A stretch of 24,295 nucleotides of DNA, from positions 1 through 24,295 of the IMG/VR virus record IMGVR_UViG_3300048029_000271; one strand, 5' to 3'. Below, piece after piece: positions 9,009-17,273 of this stretch (the stretch's first letter is position 1; each line of letters begins with the position of its first letter). Below the pieces are notes generated by a model. That model saw only the letters and a list, made by a program, of their open reading frames with translations, made no database searches and was not told where the DNA came from. A program made the position numbers and the translations under genes. The DNA is from a virus. Lineage: Duplodnaviria; Caudoviricetes.

Positions 9009-9689
9009 TTAAAATCCAACGTGTCCATGGTCAATTGTATTTCCAACTTTATGATTAATAATTGGTTTCGTGTAATTATACACGGATTCTTTTACTTTGT
9101 CAAGTGAATTATCGCACTCTTTCTCTAACTTATATTTTAATAATAAGTCATCTGCAAATCCTTTAAAAACTACAGGTTGAAGCATTGCTAACAATTCTGT
9201 TGCTATTTTAGGTGTTAGTGTATATGCATGAGTAAAAGGAACTAATTTATTTCGATGACCCCAATAAGGGTGTAAAGTAAATCTGTTTGCATAATGTTTC
9301 CATTCACTTTCATTATCATAATTACTGAATATATTTAATCCACGTTTTTCAAAATCTAATGGTGCAACACATTCTACATCATGTTCAATAATCGCAATAT
9401 CTTTATCTTCCATTGCACATTTAATCCACAATAATGAATGACTATACCAAGTTGCTTTCTCTGATTCATAAAGTGGTCGACTTAATAGTGCTTTATCATA
9501 TTTGTTCAGCACTTCATACTTATCAAATGTTAGATAATCATATTCATGTAATGTATCACTCCAGACACAATCAAACATATTAATATAATATCCAAATTTA
9601 TCCCAACTTGGTAGAACTAAATCAGTATAATACTTAGAAACTTTATCTTTTGGATTCTGTATCATGTAAATATTATCATCTATATTCAT
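9009..9689 (-). CDS. GT25-like glycosyltransferase
   Basis: SHSLLWIKC...IAIIEHD...THAYTLTPKIA...ADDLL resembles GT25 motifs. Confidence 0.55.
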   Translation of the reverse strand: MNIDDNIYMIQNPKDKVSKYYTDLVLPSWDKFGYYINMFDCVWSDTLHEYDYLTFDKYEVLNKYDKALLSRPLYESEKATWYSHSLLWIKCAMEDKDIAIIEHDVECVAPLDFEKRGLNIFSNYDNESEWKHYANRFTLHPYWGHRNKLVPFTHAYTLTPKIATELLAMLQPVVFKGFADDLLLKYKLEKECDNSLDKVKESVYNYTKPIINHKVGNTIDHGHVGF

Positions 9690-10635
9690 TTAAATCAAAC
9701 TCCGTACCATGCATTTTATATAAATCTCTTTCGTGATTGGTCCATACCAGAACTTCTGGGTCATCTAATAAAAAGTCACACGACTTGCAATAATCTGGAT
9801 AATTACCAGATGTATGTTGTTCTCGTAGTTCAACATATGCAGGCCCATTCCATATCTCTTCTATAGTATTTTCACTTGTGTGACCTAAAACTGCCTCCTC
9901 GTCTCTGCCAAGAACTTGACAACACGGTGCGACTGCACCTCTCTGTCCATCCAGACCACCTGCACGAATAACGACATCAGGACTAAATGGGCGACCACAA
10001 GTTTTAACACTACCATTTCTCTTATCTTTGTTATCATATACTCCACTCCAGTTATGCATTCTCCAGATTTCAGATTTTACTCCTAGTCTTTTCACTAACT
10101 CTTTGTATTTTTCTAATTCTTCTTCTTGGTTATCTGTATCAGTAATTAAATGATAAGTCGCAACTACACAATCACTACCAGACTTTTCTACATAGTCTTG
10201 CATTTGCATAATGTTTTCACATATCATATCAAAGTTTCCACCTATACGGTTGTGCATCATTTCGTTATATTTATTCGCATCATATCCAATCATTGAAAAT
10301 CGATAAAAGTCTAGTCCTGCATCAACACATCTTTGCATGTATCTACCAAACATACGATAACCATTTGAAAAACAAAATGCTTTTGCATCATATTTTTTGA
10401 CTATCTTAATATATTCATCTAAGTTTCTTGCCAGAGTGGGTTCTCCACTACCTTCTAAGTTAACTACTCGTAATCCATGTTTTGCACAATCTTTGACATT
10501 ATCTTCAAAGTCTAACAAGTTCATCTTTTTAAGAAATCTTTTATCACGACCACCCGTTCGCATGTCTTGAGGACACATAGTACATGAATAATTACACCCA
10601 CCGTTTACTTCGATTACTGCTCTATCAATCTTCAT
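9676..10635 (-). CDS. Radical SAM protein with C-terminal SPASM/twitch domain
   Basis: CNYSCTMC (CxxxCxxC), GSGEPTL, C-terminal CGRPF...VAPCC...LGH...IEEIWNG...CKSC. Confidence 0.92.
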   Translation of the reverse strand: MKIDRAVIEVNGGCNYSCTMCPQDMRTGGRDKRFLKKMNLLDFEDNVKDCAKHGLRVVNLEGSGEPTLARNLDEYIKIVKKYDAKAFCFSNGYRMFGRYMQRCVDAGLDFYRFSMIGYDANKYNEMMHNRIGGNFDMICENIMQMQDYVEKSGSDCVVATYHLITDTDNQEEELEKYKELVKRLGVKSEIWRMHNWSGVYDNKDKRNGSVKTCGRPFSPDVVIRAGGLDGQRGAVAPCCQVLGRDEEAVLGHTSENTIEEIWNGPAYVELREQHTSGNYPDYCKSCDFLLDDPEVLVWTNHERDLYKMHGTEFDLNEYR

Positions 10636-11422
10636 AATACTTTACTAACTTTTTATAATAATGTTCTGCCCTATTTTGCATACCAGTTATTCTTCTTGGT
10701 AAGTCTGAGTTAAACCACTCTAAAAACTTTGGTCTGCTTGATAAGAGTTTTACTTGTGGTGTGTTTTTAAGTGTAACAGATTCTGGTGATTGTATAGCAA
10801 TTGCTTTTGCAAAGTTTCTTGCGATACCATGCCACATACCTTCATAACTTATAATATAGTCAGCATCTTTTATTAATCTAAATGCTTCTGCTACTGGTGT
10901 TCGATAGGTAAGTTCTGTTATGTCACTTAACTTATCTAGTTCTGTTATAACGTGACTCCAGTCTGCTTTAGTTAATTGTCTTTTCCAGACTTTTGGTGGT
11001 TCACTATTATGTCTTGGTGTCCAGATAACTGCAAAGTCTTTATTAAAAGTTGGTTCTGGTAATTCGTTATATACCCAATCACGATATGGTTCTATGTCTA
11101 CGTTAGATTTATTATCAGGAAATATCCATCGTGTTTTTGATTGATAATCTTGTGTATATGGTATATCGTATTTAAATAAACTTGTATTGAAAACATGAGA
11201 AACTTTTACTCTATCATTTTGATAATATTGTTTATGTAACCAAGACATTCTTTCAACAATAGTTTCTGGGTCACATTTATGCTCTTTGTAATCTTCGTCA
11301 TGATTCCAATGCATTTCTAATTCAACTAAGACATTATGTGTGTAAGAATAATTGTGTACGACATTTAATGCCATACAAACATCACCAATGCCCCAGGTGC
11401 CTCTCCATTTAAATTGTTTCAA
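10625..11422 (-). CDS. Hypothetical protein, glycosyltransferase-like (GT-B)
   Basis: N-terminal GIGD and C-terminal LIKDADYIISYEGMWHGIA parallel the GT9-like gene at 1565-2338. Confidence 0.45.
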   Translation of the reverse strand: MKQFKWRGTWGIGDVCMALNVVHNYSYTHNVLVELEMHWNHDEDYKEHKCDPETIVERMSWLHKQYYQNDRVKVSHVFNTSLFKYDIPYTQDYQSKTRWIFPDNKSNVDIEPYRDWVYNELPEPTFNKDFAVIWTPRHNSEPPKVWKRQLTKADWSHVITELDKLSDITELTYRTPVAEAFRLIKDADYIISYEGMWHGIARNFAKAIAIQSPESVTLKNTPQVKLLSSRPKFLEWFNSDLPRRITGMQNRAEHYYKKLVKYYED

Positions 11423-12987
11423 AATATTCTCACGTTGTATTTACTCTGCCACTTTTCGACATCTTGTTCATCATTTAACATAGGTTGACCTTTAATATTT
11501 AACGAAGTATTAAGTAACATTGGCACACCTGTTCTTTCATAGTACTCTTCTAGTATTTGTCTGAGTATACTTTGACAATCTTTCTTTACTACTTGACATC
11601 TAGAAGTGCCATCAATATGAATAACAGAATTGTAATCGTGTTTTGCTTTACAAGTATACTGCATATATTCATTCTTGTGTCCATCAAAGTATTCGTCTGC
11701 ATACTCTTCTAATATTGCTGGTGCAAACGGTCTGAATCTTTCTCGTTTCTTTATATCATTTACTGTATCTTTGACATCATATCTTACGTCTGCAATAAGA
11801 CTTCGATTACCCAATGCTCTTGGTCCAAACTCTGCTTTACCATTTGCAATACCACAGACTCGTTTTGATAATAAGTAATCAACTACTTCTTTTGGATTAA
11901 TTTTATTTTTTATGTCATATCCAAGATATGGTGACCAATTCAATCTTTTACCACCAGTTTGTTCTGCCCATGTTTTTGCGGCACACCCTAAAGAACTACC
12001 ACAATCACTTGGTGCAATTGCAATGTGCATATCGTCAAACATATCTCTTATCTTTGAATTAGCAACAATATTCTGTGCAACACCACCAGAATAAATCAAT
12101 TTGCTTCCATGTTTTCTTGCAGTTCGCATAATTTCTAATATCTTGTTTTCTGCAAATTCTTGAACTGATGCGGCAAGAACTTTGGCATCAGTTCTTTGTT
12201 TTAATTGCCAAAGTTTTTTTATAAATGTATGTTCTAAGTCAGCAATCATTGTGGGATATCGATAGTATACATTTGTAATACCTGGTGCTTTTCTTCTTTC
12301 TGTTAAATTTTTATTCAAAGTATATTTTAATCTTAAAAATTCTTCTCTAGTATATTGACTATACGATTCATAATACTCTGTAAAAAATTGAACTAAATTT
12401 TTGTCAGGTTCTGCATATGCAGATAAACCCATAACAATATATTCATGTTCTAATGGTCTAAATCCTAAACTTCTTGTCACATGACTATAAATTTTACCAA
12501 TAGATTGTGGGTCATGAACATCATCTATAACATTAAAATTAGCATCATAAATTACAGATGTTTGTTCTTCACCAGCACCATCAATCGATACCATAACTAT
12601 GTCATCGTTTGTTTTCCATGGACAAGTATATAAACCTTGTGCAACATGTGATTCATGATGCATGTGCGATATATCATATGTTCCTTCTATTTCTTCTGGC
12701 ATATACCCATAGTTTCCACCACGAGTTACACCTTGACTCATATTTTTTAAATTATCAGGAAATATTTCTTTACGAATATCATGTAGTTTACTTCTTAATG
12801 CTACGTCTTCATAAAATGTAACAACATCATCGTCTTTAATGAGTTCCATTAATTCATATGCTAATCTAGGGTCGTATTTTACTTTTGAATATCTTTCAGA
12901 ATGTGCGGCAAATGATACTGAACCATCCTCTTCAATGATTGATAGTCCAGCATCATGAAATTGACTTGAGAAACCTATAAATCTCAT
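11419..12987 (-). CDS. O-carbamoyltransferase (NodU/CmcH/TobZ family)
   Basis: HDA, ERYSKVK, HHESH, DGAGE, GGVAQN, EFGPRALGNRS, RERFRPFAP, LLNTSLN. Confidence 0.93.
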   Translation of the reverse strand: MRFIGFSSQFHDAGLSIIEEDGSVSFAAHSERYSKVKYDPRLAYELMELIKDDDVVTFYEDVALRSKLHDIRKEIFPDNLKNMSQGVTRGGNYGYMPEEIEGTYDISHMHHESHVAQGLYTCPWKTNDDIVMVSIDGAGEEQTSVIYDANFNVIDDVHDPQSIGKIYSHVTRSLGFRPLEHEYIVMGLSAYAEPDKNLVQFFTEYYESYSQYTREEFLRLKYTLNKNLTERRKAPGITNVYYRYPTMIADLEHTFIKKLWQLKQRTDAKVLAASVQEFAENKILEIMRTARKHGSKLIYSGGVAQNIVANSKIRDMFDDMHIAIAPSDCGSSLGCAAKTWAEQTGGKRLNWSPYLGYDIKNKINPKEVVDYLLSKRVCGIANGKAEFGPRALGNRSLIADVRYDVKDTVNDIKKRERFRPFAPAILEEYADEYFDGHKNEYMQYTCKAKHDYNSVIHIDGTSRCQVVKKDCQSILRQILEEYYERTGVPMLLNTSLNIKGQPMLNDEQDVEKWQSKYNVRIF

Positions 12988-13310
12988 TTACCAATAGTAG
13001 TTTTGCCACCTCTACTTCCAGTACCTGCATATAAACCAAACCAAGCGGCACCAGCACCGACTACAACAGATATTAAACCTGCTTGAGCAGTATTGGGGTC
13101 GGGTAAAGTTGTAAACCATATAGTTGTTTTATATAACAGATATATGTAGGTAGAAATAAAGACACGTGGAAAGATTCTCCATGCATCTACGGCCTCAGAT
13201 AAATCTATCAACCATTGATATTTATTTACCTTCGGTGCTTTTAAAGTCGGGTCGATTTCTAATTCAACTGCAACTTTCTTTTGTACTATATTTAAAGTAT
13301 CTTCTGCCAT
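12984..13310 (-). CDS. Two-TM membrane protein (holin candidate)
   Basis: Two hydrophobic helices (WRIFPRVFISTYIYLLY; AGLISVVVGAGAAWFGLY) and a basic C-terminus; AAGGAG SD. Confidence 0.6.
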   Translation of the reverse strand: MAEDTLNIVQKKVAVELEIDPTLKAPKVNKYQWLIDLSEAVDAWRIFPRVFISTYIYLLYKTTIWFTTLPDPNTAQAGLISVVVGAGAAWFGLYAGTGSRGGKTTIGK

Positions 13311-13331
13311 AATTACTCCTTATAAAAGAAC

Positions 13332-13339
13332 TATTTATG
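13332..13339 (-). promoter_or_regulatory. T4-like late promoter variant CATAAATA
   Basis: One mismatch to TATAAATA; overlaps the upstream stop, ~20 nt before the 13310 ATG, at the head of the tightly overlapped accessory block. Confidence 0.5.
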
Positions 13340-13931
13340 CAGATGCTAAATCTTCGTAGATGGATTTCCAGTCGGGATATTTTTTGAATTGTTCGTTATT
13401 CATGTTGAACCCGTGTTCAAACAATACTGAGTCTAGACCATATTTAAGTCCACATTCTGCATTTTGAACTTTGTCTTCAATCCATAAATAACCACTATCT
13501 TGATATTCTTTTAGAATTCTATCTTTGTCTTCACCAGTATCTAAACAAATAATCTTTTCAAAACAAGTATCACCAAAAATCTTTTCTAAGTTTTGCTTAC
13601 GTAATTGTTGAGCAGAATAATCTTTAGATAAAGAAGTAATACAATGAAATACATACCCAAGTTCTTTGTGAATCTTTGGTACCCAATGTGCGGCGTCTCT
13701 TAATGCTGGTAAGAAACCTATCGCGGCAGACTGATTAAATGTTCTAATGTGATGCTTTGCTTGTTCTTTACTAATATAGAAGTTATCTGCAACATTATAA
13801 GAACCCCAACCTTTTTCTCGTTTTTCTTCACCCTGTTGTTGCATGTAAATACTAAAGGCGTATCCCCAGTTCAGGAGAACACCATCACAATCAGTTAGTA
13901 TTACTTTGTTATAAGGGTCTTTATTGAGCAT
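13335..13931 (-). CDS. HAD-superfamily 5'-nucleotidase-like protein (T4 gp30.2-like)
   Basis: ILTDCDGVLLNW (motif I), ITS, K, WIEDK. Confidence 0.8.
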   Translation of the reverse strand: MLNKDPYNKVILTDCDGVLLNWGYAFSIYMQQQGEEKREKGWGSYNVADNFYISKEQAKHHIRTFNQSAAIGFLPALRDAAHWVPKIHKELGYVFHCITSLSKDYSAQQLRKQNLEKIFGDTCFEKIICLDTGEDKDRILKEYQDSGYLWIEDKVQNAECGLKYGLDSVLFEHGFNMNNEQFKKYPDWKSIYEDLASA

Positions 13932-13937
13932 GTGTGT

Positions 13938-13966
13938 ATTTTAACAAATACAACACGGTTTGTCAA
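13938..13966 (-). promoter_or_regulatory. sigma70-type promoter TTGACA-N17-TAAAAT with extended -10 TG
   Basis: Minus strand ACTTGACAAACCGTGTTGTATTTGTTAAAATACACACATG. Confidence 0.75.
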
Positions 13967-14145
13967 GTGACTAATTGAATTAAATAGAAGTTTAAACCCA
14001 TAAAAAGTATTGTGCATACCTGTAGAATAGATGCATAGATTACGAATTTAAGTGCATTGTCTCCCCACCACTTTAACTCAGTATCATTCCATTCTTTTAT
14101 TTGCTCTGGAGTTGCTTCTTTATATGTGTATTGTTTTTTACTCAT
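13963..14145 (-). CDS. Small membrane protein
   Basis: 60 aa, C-terminal hydrophobic helix; fills the gap between neighbours exactly. Confidence 0.6.
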   Translation of the reverse strand: MSKKQYTYKEATPEQIKEWNDTELKWWGDNALKFVIYASILQVCTILFMGLNFYLIQLVT

Positions 14146-14147
14146 AA

Positions 14148-14630
14148 TTAATTTTCGATAAAGTCATTTGCTATGTGATAAACTGTCTTGTTTCCATCTT
14201 TAAGTGCGATTAAGTTTCTCATTCTATTTTCAGTTAAATCTGCTTTACATGAAGCATGTACCCACCCACTATTTGGTCCATCTGTTGGATTATAAAATTC
14301 TAGAATGACTTGGTCATAATCGCAATTATCAGTAATCCAATCTGCAACTTCAAGGTTAGATACGCCGTCTATTTCTAAATCAAGTGCTTCACCTTTACTG
14401 TGTTGTGATTTAGTCGAACCACCAATTGCTTCGTTCAATGCTGGTGACCTATAACCACTATTAATTCTTACTGGTTTACCGAAGTGGTCTCTCAGTGGTT
14501 GTGCAATTTCATCAACAACTACTTGTAGATTTTTTAAATGTTCATCGTCAGGTGTATTATCAATGCCCAACTTTGTTGCAGTTGCACTTCTAATTACTTC
14601 GTCTAAACTAAAATTCTTACTAAGTTTCAC
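14148..14630 (-). CDS. Peptidase M15 (Zn D-Ala-D-Ala peptidase fold), endolysin candidate
   Basis: LSKNFSL, INSGYRS, SQHSKGEALD, WVH zinc ligands. Confidence 0.88.
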   Translation of the reverse strand: MKLSKNFSLDEVIRSATATKLGIDNTPDDEHLKNLQVVVDEIAQPLRDHFGKPVRINSGYRSPALNEAIGGSTKSQHSKGEALDLEIDGVSNLEVADWITDNCDYDQVILEFYNPTDGPNSGWVHASCKADLTENRMRNLIALKDGNKTVYHIANDFIEN

Positions 14631-15027
14631 AAACTCTCCTTCTTAAATCACTAGTAGAGAATCTATGGTCTCTCTTGTTGAAATATATTTCAATATCTCT
14701 TTGACGGCAAATGTCTCTACCTGTAAAGTCTTTATCACGATATTCGTCTCCTAAGATTCTTACGTCAATAGTATATAGACTTAAAATGTCTTCTAAGTCT
14801 TGTTCTGTTGCATAAGGTATAATTTCGTCAACATACTTAATACCTTTGAGTTGTGTATATCTTTCGACAATTGTTTGTATAGGTGAATTCTTTTCTTTTC
14901 TATCTACACTTGGGTCAAACTGTAAACCAACTATTAAGTAATCACATTGTTCTTTTGCATCACGGAGCATCTGAACATGACCCGCATGAAGTAAATCAAA
15001 CGTACTGCAAGTGAAACCTATTCTCAT
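14620..15027 (-). CDS. Cytidylyltransferase (TagD/RfaE-like, HIGH family)
   Basis: FTCSTFDLLHAGH, LIVGL, ER, YVDEI, GDEY, FSTS. Start set at MRIGFT (ATGA overlap at 15024-15027). Confidence 0.88.
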   Translation of the reverse strand: MRIGFTCSTFDLLHAGHVQMLRDAKEQCDYLIVGLQFDPSVDRKEKNSPIQTIVERYTQLKGIKYVDEIIPYATEQDLEDILSLYTIDVRILGDEYRDKDFTGRDICRQRDIEIYFNKRDHRFSTSDLRRRVCET

Positions 15028-15254
15028 TGTAATTTTCTCCAGAGAGAATGTAAAACATAAAACCAAACACCATTAATTGCAGGTTCAATAAGTGCGACTG
15101 TGCCTGCTTCCCATAAACTAGCACCCGTCATGACAGATACGACTGTCATTGCAATAATTACATGACCTACAGTATAAATTAATGCCAATGTTAAACTAGA
15201 CTTCTTAAGAAGACTATTAAATGCACCTTGAATACCCGTGGTAAATTCTGTCAT
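15024..15254 (-). CDS. DUF2061-like small membrane protein
   Basis: YTVGHVIIAMTVVSVMTG...ALIEPAINGVWFYVLHSLW. Confidence 0.65.
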   Translation of the reverse strand: MTEFTTGIQGAFNSLLKKSSLTLALIYTVGHVIIAMTVVSVMTGASLWEAGTVALIEPAINGVWFYVLHSLWRKLQ

Positions 15255-15538
15255 TTTATGTTTCCGTCTTTCGCCTCTTTAAATACATAGTTTGTTATCA
15301 TGATTGGCACAAGAACTGCAATATGTATTATGATTGAAGTGACAATATCATAATTTTGCCAGTCTAACCAAACAATTGCAACTATACCAAAATAACAAGA
15401 CCACATTACAAACAATGCTAATGTAAAATAACTTTGAATACTTGGGTCTTTAATATAACTTAGTGGATTGTATCGATTGTCCATAACACCACGCCAACAA
15501 GTCAATACCCATTCAATCAATTTCATTACTATTTTCAT
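15251..15538 (-). CDS. Hypothetical two-TM membrane protein
   Basis: 95 aa, VMDNRYNPL followed by two hydrophobic helices; overlaps both neighbours. Confidence 0.65.
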   Translation of the reverse strand: MKIVMKLIEWVLTCWRGVMDNRYNPLSYIKDPSIQSYFTLALFVMWSCYFGIVAIVWLDWQNYDIVTSIIIHIAVLVPIMITNYVFKEAKDGNIK

Positions 15539-16191
15539 TTTTTCTCCAACATTTCTTTTGTCATTATATAATCTCGTACAAAATCAGAACGAACTATATC
15601 TTTCCAATCAAACTCTATAACTGAAAATCTATTTAGATGTTCAATTATGTTAATAAATTCAATAATGCCTGCTTTATCTTTTAACTGTTTAAAATCACTT
15701 TGATAGTAATCACCACAAAAGATAATTCGACAATTATTGCCAACTCGGGTAATTATACTATCTAGTTCATGAAATGTCAAGTTTTGACATTCATCAATTA
15801 TAAGAATAGAATTGTTAAATGTGGTACCACGAATATAAGATGTTGATAGAAACTCTATCTGGTGTTTAGTTTTAAGTGTCTCATACGAGTTCTTATCATT
15901 AAATAACTCTGTACACATCTGTTGGTATGGTGTTTCAAATGCAGATAACTTTTCTTCTACTGTCCCTGGTAAGAAACCTAAATCTCTTGTTGGTACAACA
16001 CTTCTTATGATAACAAGTTTTTTATAATCTGTTCTACCGAAAACTTCATTTAGTCCAAGATATAAAGACATAAAAGTTTTACCTGTACCAGCACTTCCAT
16101 TTAAAACTAAATTATCTCCACTTTTCCATGCAGAAAAAGTTTCTTGTTGATGTTCAGTAATTGGTTTTATATTAATTGGTTTTAATTTCAT
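15535..16191 (-). CDS. phoH: PhoH-family ATPase
   Basis: GSAGTGKT, LGFLPG, YIRGTT, IIDECQN, IITRVG, GDYYQSD, DIVRS. Confidence 0.95.
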   Translation of the reverse strand: MKLKPINIKPITEHQQETFSAWKSGDNLVLNGSAGTGKTFMSLYLGLNEVFGRTDYKKLVIIRSVVPTRDLGFLPGTVEEKLSAFETPYQQMCTELFNDKNSYETLKTKHQIEFLSTSYIRGTTFNNSILIIDECQNLTFHELDSIITRVGNNCRIIFCGDYYQSDFKQLKDKAGIIEFINIIEHLNRFSVIEFDWKDIVRSDFVRDYIMTKEMLEKK

Positions 16192-16405
16192 TTATACTAG
16201 ACAACTCAATGTCTTCAAATTTTTCATCATCTACTAACCAAACTAGTATTTTCTTTCCTTCTTTTTGATTTATTTTTATATCTTTTAGTGTACATGTTTT
16301 AGTGAACACTTTATCACTGGTCATACTTTCGAAAGTAATAATAACATTACCTTTTAGCAAATGTCTTTTTAGTGTTTCAAAATCCATGTAAGGGTAGATA
16401 TGCAT
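16172..16405 (-). CDS. Hypothetical protein (possible Sm/SH3-like, WYL_2-like)
   Basis: LKRHLLKGNVIITFES...KTCTL...LVWLVDDEKFEDI; TAATG coupling to the upstream gene. Confidence 0.55.
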   Translation of the reverse strand: MHIYPYMDFETLKRHLLKGNVIITFESMTSDKVFTKTCTLKDIKINQKEGKKILVWLVDDEKFEDIELSSINEIKTN

Positions 16406-16770
16406 TAATGATTTCTTTTACCGTCAAATACACAAACAAAATATAAAGGTTCTGCAGTATCGTTATAGACTCGATGAAAAGCACCATCAGGAATCAGTAC
16501 TACTGTGCCGGGTTTTACATCAATCTCTTCTTCATCAACTGTCATAAAACCTGTACCACTTACAAAAAAATAAACTTCTTCTTGACCTGAATGATTGTGA
16601 CCTGTAGTTTGTTTAAAAGGATTTAATAATGTTGAACTCAAAACAAGATTGTTAAGAGTCTTATTGTCTTTGAGTAAATAGGTTTCGTTGTCTTTGACAA
16701 CTTCACCACCAATATCATCAATCGTGTACTGTATTGGGTTTTGAGAGTCCATGTTTGACTGCGACTTCAT
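16405..16770 (-). CDS. Cupin domain protein (mannose-6-phosphate isomerase-like)
   Basis: TTGHNHSGQEEVYFFVSG...PGTVVLIPDGAFHRVYN. Start uncertain (16779 GTG, 16770 ATG with AGGTGG upstream, or 16752 ATG); all overlap the upstream gene. Confidence 0.85.
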   Translation of the reverse strand: MKSQSNMDSQNPIQYTIDDIGGEVVKDNETYLLKDNKTLNNLVLSSTLLNPFKQTTGHNHSGQEEVYFFVSGTGFMTVDEEEIDVKPGTVVLIPDGAFHRVYNDTAEPLYFVCVFDGKRNH

Positions 16771-16987
16771 TATTTCCACCTGCTTCTTTTTTGATTTTAG
16801 TTAGTAAATTTTTCCAATCACCACTTGTCTTGTTGAGTGTTGACCCTGCTTGAGATATTGTTGCGGCCGCAGATATTCTTTTTTCTAGATGTGGGTTGTC
16901 TTCTGCGAATTTATCTAAGTCTTTATAAGACATTAGATGTTCTTCTATCTCTTTTGTTTCGGTATTGTAAAATTCATATGTCGGCAT
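16718..16987 (-). CDS. FmdB-like small protein lacking Zn-binding cysteines (conserved T4-like hypothetical)
   Basis: MPTYEF N-terminus, NPHLEK, WKNLLTKIKK. Confidence 0.7.
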   Translation of the reverse strand: MPTYEFYNTETKEIEEHLMSYKDLDKFAEDNPHLEKRISAAATISQAGSTLNKTSGDWKNLLTKIKKEAGGNNEVAVKHGLSKPNTVHD

Positions 16988-16994
16988 AATATAT

Positions 16995-17002
16995 TATTTA
17001 TA
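16995..17002 (-). promoter_or_regulatory. T4-like late promoter TATAAATA
   Basis: Exact consensus, intergenic, just downstream of a terminator hairpin and 7 nt before the ATG at 16987. Confidence 0.8.
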
Positions 17003-17032
17003 ATTAACGTAAGGGGGAAACACCCCCCTACG
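17003..17032 (-). terminator. Intrinsic terminator-like hairpin
   Basis: CGTAGGGGGG-TGTTT-CCCCCTTACG (10-bp stem, one GU pair) followed by TTAATT; the U-tract is imperfect. Confidence 0.65.
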
Positions 17033-17047
17033 AGATAAGACCACCCC

Positions 17048-17212
17048 CTATTGTGTTTCGTTATAAGAATCACATATAGATTGCTTAAGGAATCCACGTT
17101 TTATGGTGAGTTTTCGAACTAAATTATCTTTACCTTGTTTCTTTAATCGATAAATTCTATTATCTAGTTCTCTTTCATCTTTCCTTAAACGTTCTACTTG
17201 TGCCAATGTCAT
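17048..17212 (-). CDS. Small basic helical protein (54 aa)
   Basis: Hand-translated MTLAQVERLRKDERELDNRIYRLKKQGKDNLVRKLTIKRGFLKQSICDSYNETQ; perfect TAAGGAGG SD. Confidence 0.75.
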   Translation of the reverse strand: MTLAQVERLRKDERELDNRIYRLKKQGKDNLVRKLTIKRGFLKQSICDSYNETQ

Positions 17213-17273
17213 ACATTGCCCTCCTTAAGTATCATAACGAAACTGGGAGTCAAGTTCTTTAAAAGTTCCCTAC

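Noticed and set aside
17225-17254. TTGACT...TATGAT promoter upstream of the 54-aa ORF
   Set aside because: The spacer is only 11 nt.
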